Positions 11,641 through 24,581 of a stretch of 64,000 nucleotides of DNA are shown one piece after another. Below the pieces are notes generated by a model. The model saw only the letters and a list, made by a program, of their open reading frames with translations. It did no database searches and was not told the DNA's origin. Where the stretch lies: contig NC_092679.1 of the NCBI RefSeq assembly GCF_964355755.1, positions 11,143,432 through 11,207,431 on the forward strand. The letters run 5' to 3'. A program made the position numbers and the translations under genes. Source of the stretch: Antedon mediterranea (Eukaryota > Animalia > Echinodermata). The number at the start of each line of letters is the position of its first letter. Within the stretch, counting starts at the first letter, position 1.

Positions 11641-14127
11641 CAGGGCTCGCAGAATCCTAAAATATTTGGTTGCCCTTCGGGCAAGTAGGTTTTAGATTTT
11701 GATTGCCCTCATCATTTTTTTACTTGCCCACTATTTTAACTTAATTTTAACGTTTTATACCGCGACTGCACTGCGAAAAAACGTCGGTGAAAAACGCCTA
11801 TGCTTAATACACTGTGGTGTTTTTTTCGATGGATTTTAAAGTAGTGAAAACAATTTTTCAAATTTTTTCAATTACACAGTGATGTAGGCCAATCTTTTAA
11901 GAACATTTTACAGTAATTTATTTTCTCATACGATCCTCCGTACAAGAGTTGCGATTGTTTAATTAACATGGTGTCCTGAAATCCCTTGAAAACGCTATGT
12001 TATTTCTGTTGGTTACGCTTCGTTGCACGGCATTGTTTGTCATCGATCGAAGATGTGTTCCGTTTCGTGAATGAAAAAGGCGTATTCACGTGGGTTTACT
12101 TTGGGAGCAAAAACGTTTTGCTTCTATTGTGCAATGAAATTCCGAAATCAAGCTATTTTGCGATATTTAAAATGTAGTAGCCTAGACATGGCACTAATTA
12201 TCTTACAATTATTTAATAGATATATCTAAAATATTGCCTATAGAAATGTAGGCCTCCTAGGCCTAAAAGTAGATTTCAGAAACTTTGGTTTTCTTAGGCT
12301 CTTTCAATTTACTCCGAAATGATTTAATGTTATTTTTATTAGGCCTGAGTGCTTTAATTTAGTAGTTTTTTTTGACAGTATATAAAAGGATGACGATGAC
12401 AAAAGTGTATTTCGACCGTGCCAACCCGATGTTGCCGTCATGAAGGCCCTAAAAAGATTTTTCCCACGTGAAATTGAAATGAATGCATGAAACGTACGCG
12501 AAACGTAAATAAACATTGAGAGAGGCCAATTCCTCCATGGAAATAAAATTAATTAATATATTACTCCATCCATGGCGAGAGAAAGTAAAAATACTTCTTC
12601 CAAGAAACCCTTCACAAGTTCTCCGCTTTTTGGGTTTAGCCGCTCTTATGCGGGAAATTGTAAGCCTCCTCTATCTGTTGTGCAAGGAGCTAGTAGTTGT
12701 CTCAGGCAGCGAGCCATTGAAATGTACGATTCCTACAACACGTAAATTGCTAGCCTAGAGAGCAGTGCGAGTCGCAACCGCTCTGAGAGTGCGAGGAGGA
12801 ATTACCTACTGAGGCGAACTGCATGCGTGAGTGATTTGAACAACTCACGTGACATCAACATCCAATCAGAAAACAGTATTCTGGCTAGCTGGCAGTTTCG
12901 TTGAGCGAAAAAAAATATCGCCGTCCGTCTCTCTCTACGTGACGTGAAACAATACGCATGCGTATAGCAAAAAAACTCACAGCAGCTGCAGCCGTACGTA
13001 GTAGGAGCACATGGGTACGGTGTGTGGTGGAGAGTGCGGGCTTGTGGAAGTTTACTTGTTGTTTCAGTAGAAGCTCGCACAGGTTGGATAAAAACAACCA
13101 TCTGCTCGCACAAGTTTGTGATTGAAAACAACACAAGGGAACTGTGCCGAATTGTGGTGAAAACCACGTGCTCCGCCAAGTTGGAGTTTTTGAAAGTTCA
13201 ACTCTCGGCGATACCCGAAGAAGTGTATTATTTTCAATGTTGATAATAAAAAATATACTGTAACTATTTAAGTATTCAATGTATTTATTAAATAAATTAT
13301 TAGGCCTATTAAATTTATATTCTGTAATATTTATAAAAAAAATGGTAGGCCTACTTGCCTGTGTTAAAAACATCGGCCGGTGCCTATTTGGCACAGACAA
13401 TTAAAATTACGTATCTATTATAATTTAATAATATACTGTATTTTCAATACAACTGTACATTTGAACAATAATTACAGTAATTCAGCAAATTATTTATTAC
13501 ACACAAAACACATAACATAAATGTAATTAAACATAGGCCTAATCTACTATCAGGCTGTAGGCCACATAATTAATACTAAGTAGTAGATTCAGATTTTATT
13601 ACCACCGTAAAATGATGTCGATAATTGAGAAAAACAAAAACATACTAGCCCCTATTTTATTTGGTTTATAGTATAACTAGGGAGTTGTTAATTAGAAACT
13701 CCCTGGTATAATAACTTCAAATAAGTTAAAAGCCGAGAGTTCAACGCTTCCTATTTCGCGATCAATGGATGCCGCAAGAGACCGCGTGCTATATGACAGA
13801 CCTAGAAACTCTATACGCAAACGACTTGATACGCCCGACTGCATAGAAACACATGTTTTGGCTCCTGGAGATAACGTTCCATACCACCGAATTCCGATCC
13901 ATACATTTACTTAACAAACACTACACTGGTCTCGACGTCAAGAGAATTCGTTCGTGCGCGACTATTATTTTCATTGTTACAGTTTTTCACAACCCCTGTA
14001 AAACATCGTGGACATTTTCGGTGATTTTAAGAGGTTGCCCGTCGGGACATGACATGTTAAATTTTAGTTGCCCGACGTATTTATTTGGTTGCCGCGGGAC
14101 GTCGGGCAAGCGATTCTGCGAGCCCTG
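11641..14127. mobile_element. Non-autonomous hAT-like element with 5-bp TSD (hAT5-type), inserted in Gypsy LTR
   Basis: 16-bp perfect TIR cagggctcgcagaatc / gattctgcgagccctg; TSD cggta at 11636-11640 and 14128-14132; subterminal ttgccc..cgggca repeats at both ends; no recognisable transposase. Confidence 0.85.
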
Positions 14128-14559
14128 CGGTAGAGTAGACCGCATGGGTAGAAGAGTAGAGAAAGGAATAGAGAATAAAGGCTGTTATTGAAACGTTAAA
14201 TACTGGTTATTTTCTAGCCTCATTTCATTGTTGTCTCTACCATACTTCACAAAAGAGCAAGAACTTCTGGAGGCAGCTCAAAAACAAAATACGAAGAGAA
14301 ACTGAGGAATGATAACTTTGAAGTGGTTCTTAGATCTTGGGATAGGAAAAAGGAGCATGATGCGAGTTGGAAAAGGAAAAAAAAAATGGAGAGGAAACCA
14401 ACAACAACAGAACATTTCGATAGACTGGTGGCTTTATATAAAAGGTAAGTGCGATTTCCGATTTAAAATTCCATAAAATATGTAACACAGTTGGAATACC
14501 AACTCTTAATGGCATCAGAAAAAAGCAGCATGAGCTTAATGACCTATTTGGTGTAGTTG

Positions 14560-15985
14560 TTGACCATAATCTTTATGCAGTGCAACAATCTTTCGAATGT
14601 AAAATTAAGAAAGCACTAAATATTTTTGAATCACACAATCACGGACTAGTTCTTGAAGATGGTGATACAGTATTCTGAAGATAACAGGCGATTGAACTAC
14701 ATTCGGCAAAAATCCATAAAATAATTACTCCAGCCCGGAATATATTGTTATTATTGCAAAAGGTCCTGAAAAATATGATCTCCTTAAAAATGTTTTTGCA
14801 GATATTTTTGCAGTTATAAATGCACACATGCATTTACAATAAATTGATGGCAAGAACATACATTTAAAATATATATTAGGAGCAGATTTAAAGTTTTTGA
14901 ACGAGATAATGGGCATCAGAGCTGCATACAGTGAGTAGTCATGTATTTGGTGTAAAGCTTTTTTTTTATGAATTTTGTGACATGTCCTTAGAGTGGTTAA
15001 TGACAGATCCAACAAAAGGTGCTAGAACACTTGCTGAAATTGCTCAGTGTGCGCAGGCTGGGCCAAGACAAAAAAATACAGGCAAACATTAATATAAAAT
15101 ACCAGTTGGACTGGCAGTGGCATCAACATGTTGACACTATTGAAATGCTATGGGAATCTTTCAGGCCTCTTCATACAAAAATTAAAAGTTACATGACTAC
15201 AGGTGCCATCACTAGATTTAGCTCAGATGCAAAGGTATGGGTGAACAGCTACAAGAGGGTTTACCTTTTATATAGGTATGCATATGCATATCCTTGCCTA
15301 TCATGTGCCAGAAATTATGAGACTGCATGGTAACATAAATCCTTTTTAAAACCTTTCTCTCACAGCAAAAATTTGAAAAGATGAATGAATTATTGACCAA
15401 CTTTAATTTAATGGTTCCAATCACAAAAGCCTAGAAGGTTTGAAACAAGTGATGCTGAAATTTAACAGGGTTAAACAGTTATTCCCAACTTGCATCCGTG
15501 GTGTTGCGGAATACACCTGACGTCTGTGTGGAAGAACTGGGCACAACAAAACTACCTGCCCAACACTGCGTGATGTTCTAAACCAAGGAAAAGTTTAAAA
15601 TCCAATCAAATAATATTCCAAATCTTCTATTAATATTATCTAAAAAATAGTCTGGTTAGAGGCATTCATTGGTTCATAAGGTGAAAGGAGAAATTATGTG
15701 CCTCCAGAGCCTCAGAAAAAAAAAAAAAAAAAAGATGCTTACACACCGTTTAATAGGCCAGAGCAACTGTTTGTTTCCATCACATTTAATAAAAAATGTT
15801 ACATAATGTAAATAAATCCTTCCTAAATACTGTATGGATCTTTTTCGACGATCTAATATTAATAAACTTTGATCGAAAAATACTTGAAACAAAATAAACA
15901 TTTGGTAATGCGGTACTCCGAAAATGCCTCGTATACTGTGTTTTGGTGGTCTGTTAACCTCAGATATATACCCTGCAGCCAAGTG
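14560..15985 (+). mobile_element. RAG1-core/Transib/Chapaev-related DDE transposase pseudogene
   Basis: KITGD*TTFGK (14678), GPEKYDLL, ILGADLKFL..MGIRAAYSE*SCIWCK (14879-14956), MHILAYHVPEIMRLHGNIN (15284), SQQKFEKMN (15360), C-terminal LCGRTGHNKTTC knuckle; tentative 3' end ..gcagccaagtg at 15985. Confidence 0.7.
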
Positions 15986-18373
15986 AATAACTCAATGTAA
16001 TTTAGTATACAAATGATTGCAGTAATCGCTGTGTCTATTTAAACAAAAATCAAGAAAATGGCAAATACGCCACATGCTTTTTTTCAGCCGTTTACATACA
16101 ACAAGACATTTCATGTTTATTTTATGCCTATGGAAATAATAAAAGAACACCGTGTTTCTTGTTTATTTTTATCGTTTATACTGCATACCATTATTATATA
16201 AAAAAACCTTCATACGCGAGAAAAAAGTTCATGATTATTACACTCCACTCTGTACAGGGGTGTAAATATACCACGCTAAGGCTTGCACACACGGACATGG
16301 TGTATTTTTGTAGATTGATGACGTCAGCATTCACAAGGAGCGACCTAAGACAACGTGACGCTGGTGGTGGTAGTAGGAGTGCATGTTTTTGAAAATAACT
16401 CAGTTTTTATTTTCCAAAGATTTTAAATCGCGTTTTCTTTTTAAACTCTTGAACTCATAAATAGTAATTAAACTTTTCGCTCTTTCACTACGTAGGCCTA
16501 TTTACACAACTATAATGCTAACCCTAGCAGCTCTAGCCTACTCTTTTTAATTAAAAGAGTCCGGTGCGTCGAATTCACGTCTAGCGCCAGTTGCGCGTTG
16601 GTTGCATCTTTTTTTTTTTTTGAGAATAGCCACCCTATTAAAAAAAAAACATAATTCACACAAAATGTGCACACCACATGCGTAAAAACTTTTACATTTT
16701 TTAAATAGAAAGTTGATTTGCTAACTTTCAATTTGAATTGTTATATGGTTTTCCATGTATGTTAAATACGTGAAATTCATAAAATCGCGCATAACTTACT
16801 ATATTCTAAAGTCATATAACGAAGTTTCTTGCACATCTACAGATAGAGTTTAATCATCTGACAAAGTTATACAACTTATGTTAACAAGAATTAGTACCTT
16901 ACACTTCTCAATTTTAGTTATTTGTTGTTTTACCAGACTAGGCTAGCAGCTAGCTACAGATACTGACAGTAATTACTAATGTCATGATTTCATATTATTA
17001 ACGTTGACAACCCTTGCTAAGAGTGGATGATTCCGAAACAGTTGGATGAGCACTGCTGCTAGGCGTTGAAGGCGATTGCCCACTGAAAAAGTTCTGATGC
17101 ACTATGAATTAATTTTTCTGTTGTCCAAAACAAATCGTATTGCACAGCCAATTTAGTACAAATTGATGTCGAACATGACTGCGGCCTACACACGCTTTCA
17201 AGCTTTTTCGCTTTCGGGAATTCCCTTTTGGGAATTCCCTTTTATCGTGTGTAAAAAAACTGAGAGTGATGGTCACAGAGAAGAGACGTACGCAAAAATG
17301 ATCAAGTAATTAAGCAGGAAGTTGTTAATTAGAACTCCCTATTATATGTAATAATATATGTAAGCAGGCCTAGAATCATAATTTGTTTCGATCTTGTTTC
17401 TAGACTTTTGCCTGCTGCAATACTAGGAATAGGTAAAAAATCATCATATGGGCTAGACCTATGCATAGTCTAGTTTAAAAGGGCACTTCAGGAAAAGGGG
17501 GGTTTGTTGGAACCCTACGAACTACGGGCTTGAAGGAGAACACGCGAGGTTAGAAAGTCAAACGATTTTTTTTTAAAGGAATAAAAAACAGTCACGGACT
17601 ACAGTATATATTTCGTATTATATTACGCAATAAATTATATTAACTTAAAAATCTGTCCTAGCAGATTACCCAGGGTCTGGGAGCACCACCCAGCTTACAT
17701 ACTGTTACTCATACACTACGCCTTATATTATTATTGTTACAACGATCAAGGATACGTGTCTGTAAATAAAGAGTTGAGAATGAATTGCCTATAATTTTCA
17801 CCTGAAAAATAAACACATTTTGGTCCCTGGTTGTAACATGATATTGAGGTGTGTATCGTACTCATACAGCGAGGTGGGAAATGAACGATTCGTACAAAGA
17901 ACACCGCTAGACAAGTGCATAGGCCTACCTATGTGTATATAGGCCTACATAAACTATGGAACGCCGTGGTTACCTACATCGTACAGTATGTGTGGCTATA
18001 TAGTATACTGAGTGTAAATAGTACACTAACCTTATGGTAACTGTGTACTGTAGTTTACATTATAGCAACCGATTTTTTTTTTTAGGCCACCCACCGATGC
18101 GTACTCAACTGTATCAATACCTATTTATATTGATATATTTAATTTCCTCAACAAATTGATGTAAATAAATATTGAGCTATAATAAGCATTGAATTTTTTT
18201 CGGGGCTTCCCCTAGACGTACGTTCGTATTAATATTGAAAGCAACACAATGAAAACAAAATACTGAGTGAATGAAATCAGCAACAAAAAAAATGTTATCA
18301 TCCTTTAGTTACGTGTGTTTATTGGAGGGAAAAAGTATGATCATTTTGCTCATTGGTAGCATGCTATGAGAGT

Positions 18374-19510
18374 CACAGCTGTTTCAACCAATGTAAAATA
18401 AATAGAAAAGGTCAATATTGGCAGACGGCTATATGTGCCTGAGTGTAAAACCGCGCGAATGGTTGAATCTCGTTCAACTTTGGCGACGTTTGCAACTTTT
18501 ATTTAGTCCACTTTAAATTAATTTAATCAATTTAATCGATTCAATCGGTGTTCCGATGCCTAAATAGTTGCGCTCCAAAATGTTTGTCAATTTGTACAGT
18601 TTTTGTTTTATTGGTAATTTTCATAATTATTTGGAAAATCTAGGTAAATGTTTGATTAAATATATTTGCATGAGACATTGAATTGTTAGGAGGTGATGGT
18701 GAAAATCTGAAGAAAATTAAATATGATATAGTATTAAAGGTTGAAATATTAATATTTCTTTTCTTTTTTGTAGGCAACAGAGTTTCACAAAAGGGCTTTA
18801 TGTTCCAGTTGCTTTTGTTGTGGAACAAAATTTAAAGAAAAGGATAAAAATACAATTTAGAAAATTTGAAAAGCCATCACAAATTGACACTAAATCAAAT
18901 AAATGTAAACCAATTACCTATATACATTTGTACAACCTGCCATTTGCGAATTTGTAATGGGTATACCACCACGCCATCACTTAAATTTACAGAGCATGGA
19001 CCAAATTGCTTGGCCTGATACTTACTTTAACAACAGCTACGACCTGGGCCAAAACTTAAACATAAATTGCAAGAAACTAGAAACACAAATGGTAGATTCA
19101 CAAGTGAAAGAACACACTGTGGTTTAAATGTACAGTTCTTTGTTTCAGAAGACCGAAAAAAAGTATTTAAATGCAACATTTGTATGCAGCCCCTATCCTT
19201 TGACAGCATTCAAACGTCTTGCCAACATTGCTTTTGCAAGTTTTGCATACACAACATTTTCAAATCAGTTGGTAAAAAGTCTATTCAATGTTTGGGCTTC
19301 AATTATAATCTACCGCTGAATGACTTAAAGGAGACCCCCGATTATAGAAGAATCACTAATTTGCTAATACACATTTGCAAAGAGCAATTAATTTTACCGG
19401 AAACTCAACGCCATGTATGCAAATCACATAAAGAACAGTCATTTCTAAAGATTGGGAATGCAGTAACAGAAATTGAACAACTGACAACTGAAAGTGAAGT
19501 TTGCCCGAGG
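18374..19510 (+). mobile_element. Chapaev DNA transposon, 5' part (TIR + Chapa zinc domain + RING finger), truncated by an LTR
   Basis: TIR cacagctgtttcaa at 18374, homologous to the 37941 end; HKRALCSSCFCCG..PIYICTTCH..FTEHGPNC..RPGPK; RING CNICMQPLSFDSIQTSCQHCFCKFC in ORF 19067-19579. Confidence 0.8.
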
Positions 19511-20010
19511 TGTAGGAATATGTTTAGCGCCATCTATAATAATATTAAGCAGGCGCGCTATCTTGAGTTACTGTATTGATATAGCTAGTATGCTTGTACT
19601 TCATGATCATTAAAATACCTCTCGGAGACACTAAAGAGTAGTCGTTGGTCGTCTGTTATTTCCGTATGCATTATAAGACCCTATGACACAACATGGTGAC
19701 AGCGGCGGCTTACGGAATTTGAACGTTTGGACACCGTAGAACCTAGCCTAGTGTAAGTTTCAAATTAGCTGACAGTGCGTACACAGTACAAAACCCGGTA
19801 GGATGAATGGTCTGTCAATATTAGAGTAAACGAGGCAACTGTGATCTTTAAGATTGACACAGGAGCGATGATTAGTGTCGTAGGACACAATCAGGCGTAT
19901 CCAAAGTGTACGATATTTATGATACTATTGGTGATGACGCGGATTTGTTTGAACAGGTAAAAGCGAAGCTTTCAACACATTTCCGACCACTACAAGATAG
20001 TTCTTTAACT
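19511..20010 (+). mobile_element. Gypsy 5' LTR (19511-19693) + PBS + protease/gag fragments
   Basis: TGT..ACA LTR followed by PBS tggtgacagcgg (tRNA-Leu-like) at 19694; WSVNIRVNEATVIFKIDTGAMISV protease; gag-like YDIYDT..FEQVKAKLSTHFRP. Confidence 0.75.
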
Positions 20011-20014
20011 ACTG

Positions 20015-20368
20015 TACCTTATGTATCACCGGTTATATTATGGTCCAATGTATACACCAAATTTTGTACACGAAGTATACGACCTGTACAGGGCGTATGC
20101 CCAACGTACAAAGCGTATAGTCCATGTAAACCAAGAATACTCAAGGTACAAAGTATCATTTGGTCCAATATACACCAAATTTTGTACACAAAATATACGA
20201 CCTATACAGGGCGTATGCCCAATGTACAAAGGGTATATAGGCCGTGTACATCAAGTATGCCCTATGTTTCAACGGTTATATATGGTCCAATGTATACATG
20301 AAATTTTGTACACAAAGTATATGACCTGTACAGGGCGTATGCCCAACGTACATAGCGTACATCCAGTC
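20015..20368 (+). repeat. ~121-bp tandem repeat, 3 copies
   Basis: tggtccaat..aaattttgtacac..tacagggcgtatgccca recurs at 20041, 20161 and 20283. Confidence 0.9.
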
Positions 20369-20369
20369 A

Positions 20370-21170
20370 GATGAGTCAAGAAAGGCCCTGGAAATCGAAG
20401 TTTCAATATTAGTGGCAAAAGGACAAGTAGGAGAGCCAGTCATCATAGGGTTTAATGTCATTGAAGAGATGTTGAAAGCTGATTGTGACCGAGCTAGTCC
20501 CAAGTCGATCCAGCATCTACTGTGTTCATCACTCCAATCTATCACTAAAGTCAAACAACCTCAAACACTCATCTAGATCTAGTAACAGCGACTGCTGATG
20601 AAAGAGTGGGTACGGTTAAGACAGGGAAAACATACATCCCTGATTTTGCAAGAAAGGCCAGACCGATTTTTTACTTACTGAAGGAACCAGGCTGTCACAA
20701 ACAAGCGAAGCCAAAACGAAGGAATCAAAAGAAACATCAAAAGAATCAGACATCCCAAAATCCAGTTGACTGGAAAGAAAACCACCAGCAAGCGTTACTT
20801 CATCTACTGGACTTGCTTGTCTCGCCAAAAACAAGTGATGAGGGTTGTCAGTTATGGCTCACGCTAGCTTATTCTCCAAGTTTCACAATATATACAGACA
20901 ATAACCCTTTGACATTATTCTCTCAACAGCCAGACTGAATGCAACAGGTTACTGTTGGGTCGCTGAGTTAGCCGATTTTCACTTCACTATTAAATACAGA
21001 CCAGGGAGAGTCAACATAGATGCTAACGCCCTTTCGAGACTACCCTAAGAATATGCAGCACAGTGCCAGCCAATTTTCAAACCATCCACTCTTCAAGCAG
21101 AAATACTAGGCATCTTAAGTCAAGATAACCAACTCTCCTGGGATGAAGCTATTGCAGTTGATGTGACAAC
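20370..21170 (+). mobile_element. Gypsy pol fragments (RT connection/RNase H), heavily deleted
   Basis: YIPDFARKARPIFYLLK; FTIYTDNNPL..ARLNATGYCWVAELADFHFTIKYRPGRVNIDANALSRLP. Confidence 0.75.
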
Positions 21171-22162
21171 AGTAAGTAAATTGTCAGGAAGTAGAATGGA
21201 GATGAGTTTACTTATTTATAAATTATGTAGGAACGAACGATGAAGCATGAATCTATAGAAACAGTATTTTAAATTAAGGGATAAATCACCCTGTATGTTG
21301 CCGTGAATGATTATAAAATGTGACAACATAGGTATTAAACGATAAATTATGTCTGGATAGGAATGTTCGGGTTATTTACCAGTAGGGTAACACATACTGT
21401 GAGCGATTACTTTATGTGTTCGTTATAATTATGGGCACTCTAGGACAAGTTATAATGTATACGGTACTGAGGCCTAATGTATTTACTGTTCATTGATTCG
21501 ACTCGCATACAAGCAGTTGGGTAGAAAAATGTAAGTGTCGTCCACTGAAACTTCTCAGAAAAGACATTAAAGTAAAGCAATCTAGATTTCAGAAGTGGAA
21601 ACACCCACGGAATCTACAAAAAGGCATACAGTTTGTCGAGTTAAGTCAGACGGGGAACTGGATAACTCAAAAACCGTCAAACGACAAGTTCAGCTTTGAG
21701 GTATGTATTAAAAAATTACATCAAAAATAATCGTTATTAAAATAAAATATTACTATTTTACTCTATTTATTCCAATAAACCACTGCTTTGAATGAACTTG
21801 GGTATTCAAAGGAGCGTGTATAAGGTTTGTTTGTTTGCATTACATTCAAGTGACAGGTATTAAATAATTATTCTTCTAGTATAAAAACGATTTTACTAAA
21901 TTAATTACGATGTGCAACGAAAAGGCAAGGCATTTAAAAATGTAGCTCACCTCCAGCCTTTAAGAAGCGTCCATTTCAGTTTTATAAACAGTCTACGTAT
22001 ATTTTTAGGTTGTTACCAATGACGATCTGGTTATTCTGTACGAGCACTTCTGTAAGAAGCTGAATTCAGAAAAAGAAAGAGCAACGCCGAAACACATATT
22101 CAAGCAAAACCAAAATAGAAACATGAAAATGTGGTGAGTCGAGGGTGAAGATGTAGATGTGT

Positions 22163-22491
22163 GAAGACAGTGAAGATAAGGTGGTGAGCGTGGAAGACGA
22201 TGTAGATGTGATAGAGAACGTGGGAGATGAGGTAGAGAGCATAGAAGACGGTGAAGATAAGGTGGTGAGCGTGGAAGATGATGTAGATGTGATAGAGAAC
22301 GTGGGAGATGAAGTAGAGAGCATAAAAGACGGTGAAGATAAGGTGGTGAGCGTGGAAGACGATGTAGATGTGATAGAGAACGTGGGAGATGAGGTAGAGA
22401 GCATAAAAGACGTTGAAGATAAGGTGGTGAGCGTGGAAGACGATGTAGATGTGATAGAGAACGTGGGAGATGAGGTAGAGAGCATAGAAGA
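22163..22491 (+). repeat. 81-bp purine-rich tandem repeat, 4 copies (open on both strands)
   Basis: Unit translates as EDGEDKVVSVEDDVDVIENVGDEVESI on + and as an S/T-rich repeat on -. Confidence 0.9.
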
Positions 22492-22989
22492 CCAGGGGCG
22501 GACCAAATTTTGGCGTTCTAGCTCATTGTAAGTCGTTTAAAACGATTTAAAACATCTCATAATGCCATTTACCAAACACTCTAAAGCTCGCAAATTACGA
22601 CATGTGGAACATGCAGCTGATACTTACCCAGGGTACCAAAGCAAGCTAACAACTTGCCTGTACTTTACATCTAAATTTTTACAACGCGACAATGTTTTTC
22701 AGCTTTTTATAAGCATAAACTTGTCCTAGCCTAGGCCGGTATTATTTTCTTACACGCCTGCATGTGTGTGTGTGTGGCCGGCCTGGTTTAAACGATCGTT
22801 TAAAAATTAGCGGTCCGGCTCGATCATCATTAACATTATATTTAGTGATTTTAAAAAAACAAAACACCTGCAACTCTTTTGTCATCGCGATTTGTTTACG
22901 AGAAATGATGATAATTTCCATTGCACATAGGCCTACCGTGATTATTCAGTATACCCTATCCACACGCTATAAAGACATCACAAACATTG

Positions 22990-24580
22990 AGGATTAGGAG
23001 CCTTCCTGGCTGACGATGGTATCATTCGGGTTAGTGGTCGAATAGAACTGCAGACAACCCTCACCACTGACCAACGACATCAAAATTTGTTGCCATGCGA
23101 TAGTCACATAACCAACCTCGTTATATGACATTACCATCTTCAAACAGGACATGGGGGTATTAAATGCACGCTGACTGATATAAGACAGAAGTTTTGGTTG
23201 GTAAAGGGTCGGAGGAGCGTGAGACAGGAACTGTCACAGTGTATCATGTGTAAGAGGATGAAAGCTCAGCCAACTGATCAAATTATGGGTCTACTACCGA
23301 AGTCAAGAATGCAGATTGGCTACTTTGGACCACTCGTCATTAAGCGTGGACGCACAGAACATAAACGCTACGGTTGCGTGTTTACTTGCATGACGACACG
23401 AGCTGTCCATAAAGAAGTCGCCCATTCCATGACGACGGATTCATTTATAAATGTATTGCAGAGGTTTATCGCTCGACGAGGAGTACCTCAAGAGATGGTC
23501 TCCGATAATGGCACGAAATCCGCGGGGCCAAGCAAGAGCTCAGACGGGCCATGACCGAATGGAACCGTCAACATATCGACAAGGAAATCAGCTGGTCATT
23601 CAACCCACCGAAGGCGTCTCACATGGGCGGAGTCTGGGAAAGACAAATTCACACTCTAAGAACCATCATGTATAGTCTTGATGATCGAGAACACCATTAA
23701 CAGCAGGCCTATTACGAAACTGTCCGACAACCCAAGTGATGATCAACCATTGACTCCTAACCATTTACTCCTGCTGAGGAGTGGACCATCCTTACCTCCT
23801 AGACACCTCTACAGGAGACGGTGGCGACAAGTCCAGTATCTCGCTGATATATTTTGGAGAAGGTGGGTGAAAGAATACCTTCCATTGTTACAACATCGGC
23901 AAAAATGGGGTATAGAGAAAAGAGATCTTAAAATTGGTGATCTCGTCCTTATTACCAATAACTGTTACCACTGGGGTGGGTGGTGGATGTGAATGTAGGT
24001 AGTGACGGACATGCAAGATCTGTACTTATTAGAACTAAGGGTAGTGTCTATGAGAGACCTATAAGAAAGTTGTGTATGCTCGAAAGAGCAGATTAAGACC
24101 TTATAGTCGTGTTTACTATGTATGTGTATTTAATTGTTATAAAATTTCATTTACCTTTTTTATTAAGTGATTGTTAAACCCGTTTTGATTAAAGGGGGGA
24201 GTGTAAAGTATTGAAATATAATAGAACGCCCTTTATTATTTTGTGGATGTTGCTCCTAAAGTCTAATATATAGGGTTGTGACCAAATTCCAGGAGAGATG
24301 AATTTTGGGTTTGAACAGCGACACCTCCCAATTTGACACTTTTCTATTTTTTGTTGTGACAAATTGTTTATTTGGAACTTGTTTGCAACTTTGACAACTT
24401 GGTTAATTGTATGAAATATTTGTGTGTAATTTGGCACATGTGATTTTGACATGTAAGTTGATTCCGATTTTTTCTTTATAGAATATTTTATGTTTATAGT
24501 GTTGAATAATCAATTAAGACGTTAATTGGGCTTGTGAGAGTCTGTATCATTATCGATATACAGTAGTTGATTCAATCTAA
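22990..24580 (+). mobile_element. BEL/Pao LTR retrotransposon integrase region + PPT + start of 3' LTR
   Basis: DDGIIRVSGR, FGPLVIKRGRTEHKRYGCVFTCMTTRAVH, SDNGT, SHMGGVWERQI, INSRPIT..LTPNHLL, RRRWRQVQYLADIFWRRW; PPT aaaggggggag 24191-24201, then TGT. Confidence 0.9.
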
Positions 24581-24581
24581 T

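Larger units (their letters stand above)
8123..14251 (+). mobile_element. Gypsy LTR retrotransposon (5'-truncated pol + PPT + 3' LTR), interrupted by a Penelope element and a hAT-type MITE
   Basis: RT APSCFQKMM..QCFIDDIII (8200-8450); RNase H TTDASGYGLGAVL..VWAVEKWHTYLWGRHFTLRTDHQ; integrase C-term YRATRHATTGETPS; PPT aaaagagagggggaaa 11591-11606; LTR TG at 11607-11640 resuming 14133-14251 (AATAAA, ends ..ttcaCA). Confidence 0.9.

Noticed and set aside
12516-13400. Overlapping ORFs of 73-171 aa inside the hAT-like element
   Set aside because: No recognisable domain; they are best explained as chance ORFs in a locally GC-richer stretch.
17008-17046. Possible additional hammerhead (gtggatgattccgaaacagt)
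   Set aside because: There is no intact CUGANGA core and stem II is only ~3 bp.
14560-19579. A single ProtoRAG-like RAG1L/RAG2L locus formed by the RAG1-core-like remnant and the Chapa+RING ORF
   Set aside because: The order is wrong (core upstream of the N-terminus), a TIR at 18374 separates them, the RING family has a 4-bp TSD, and no kelch/PHD RAG2-like sequence is visible.
19067-19579. Host RING E3 ligase gene
   Set aside because: It lies within TIR-bounded Chapaev sequence, the last RING Cys pair is degenerate, and the ORF end runs into an LTR.
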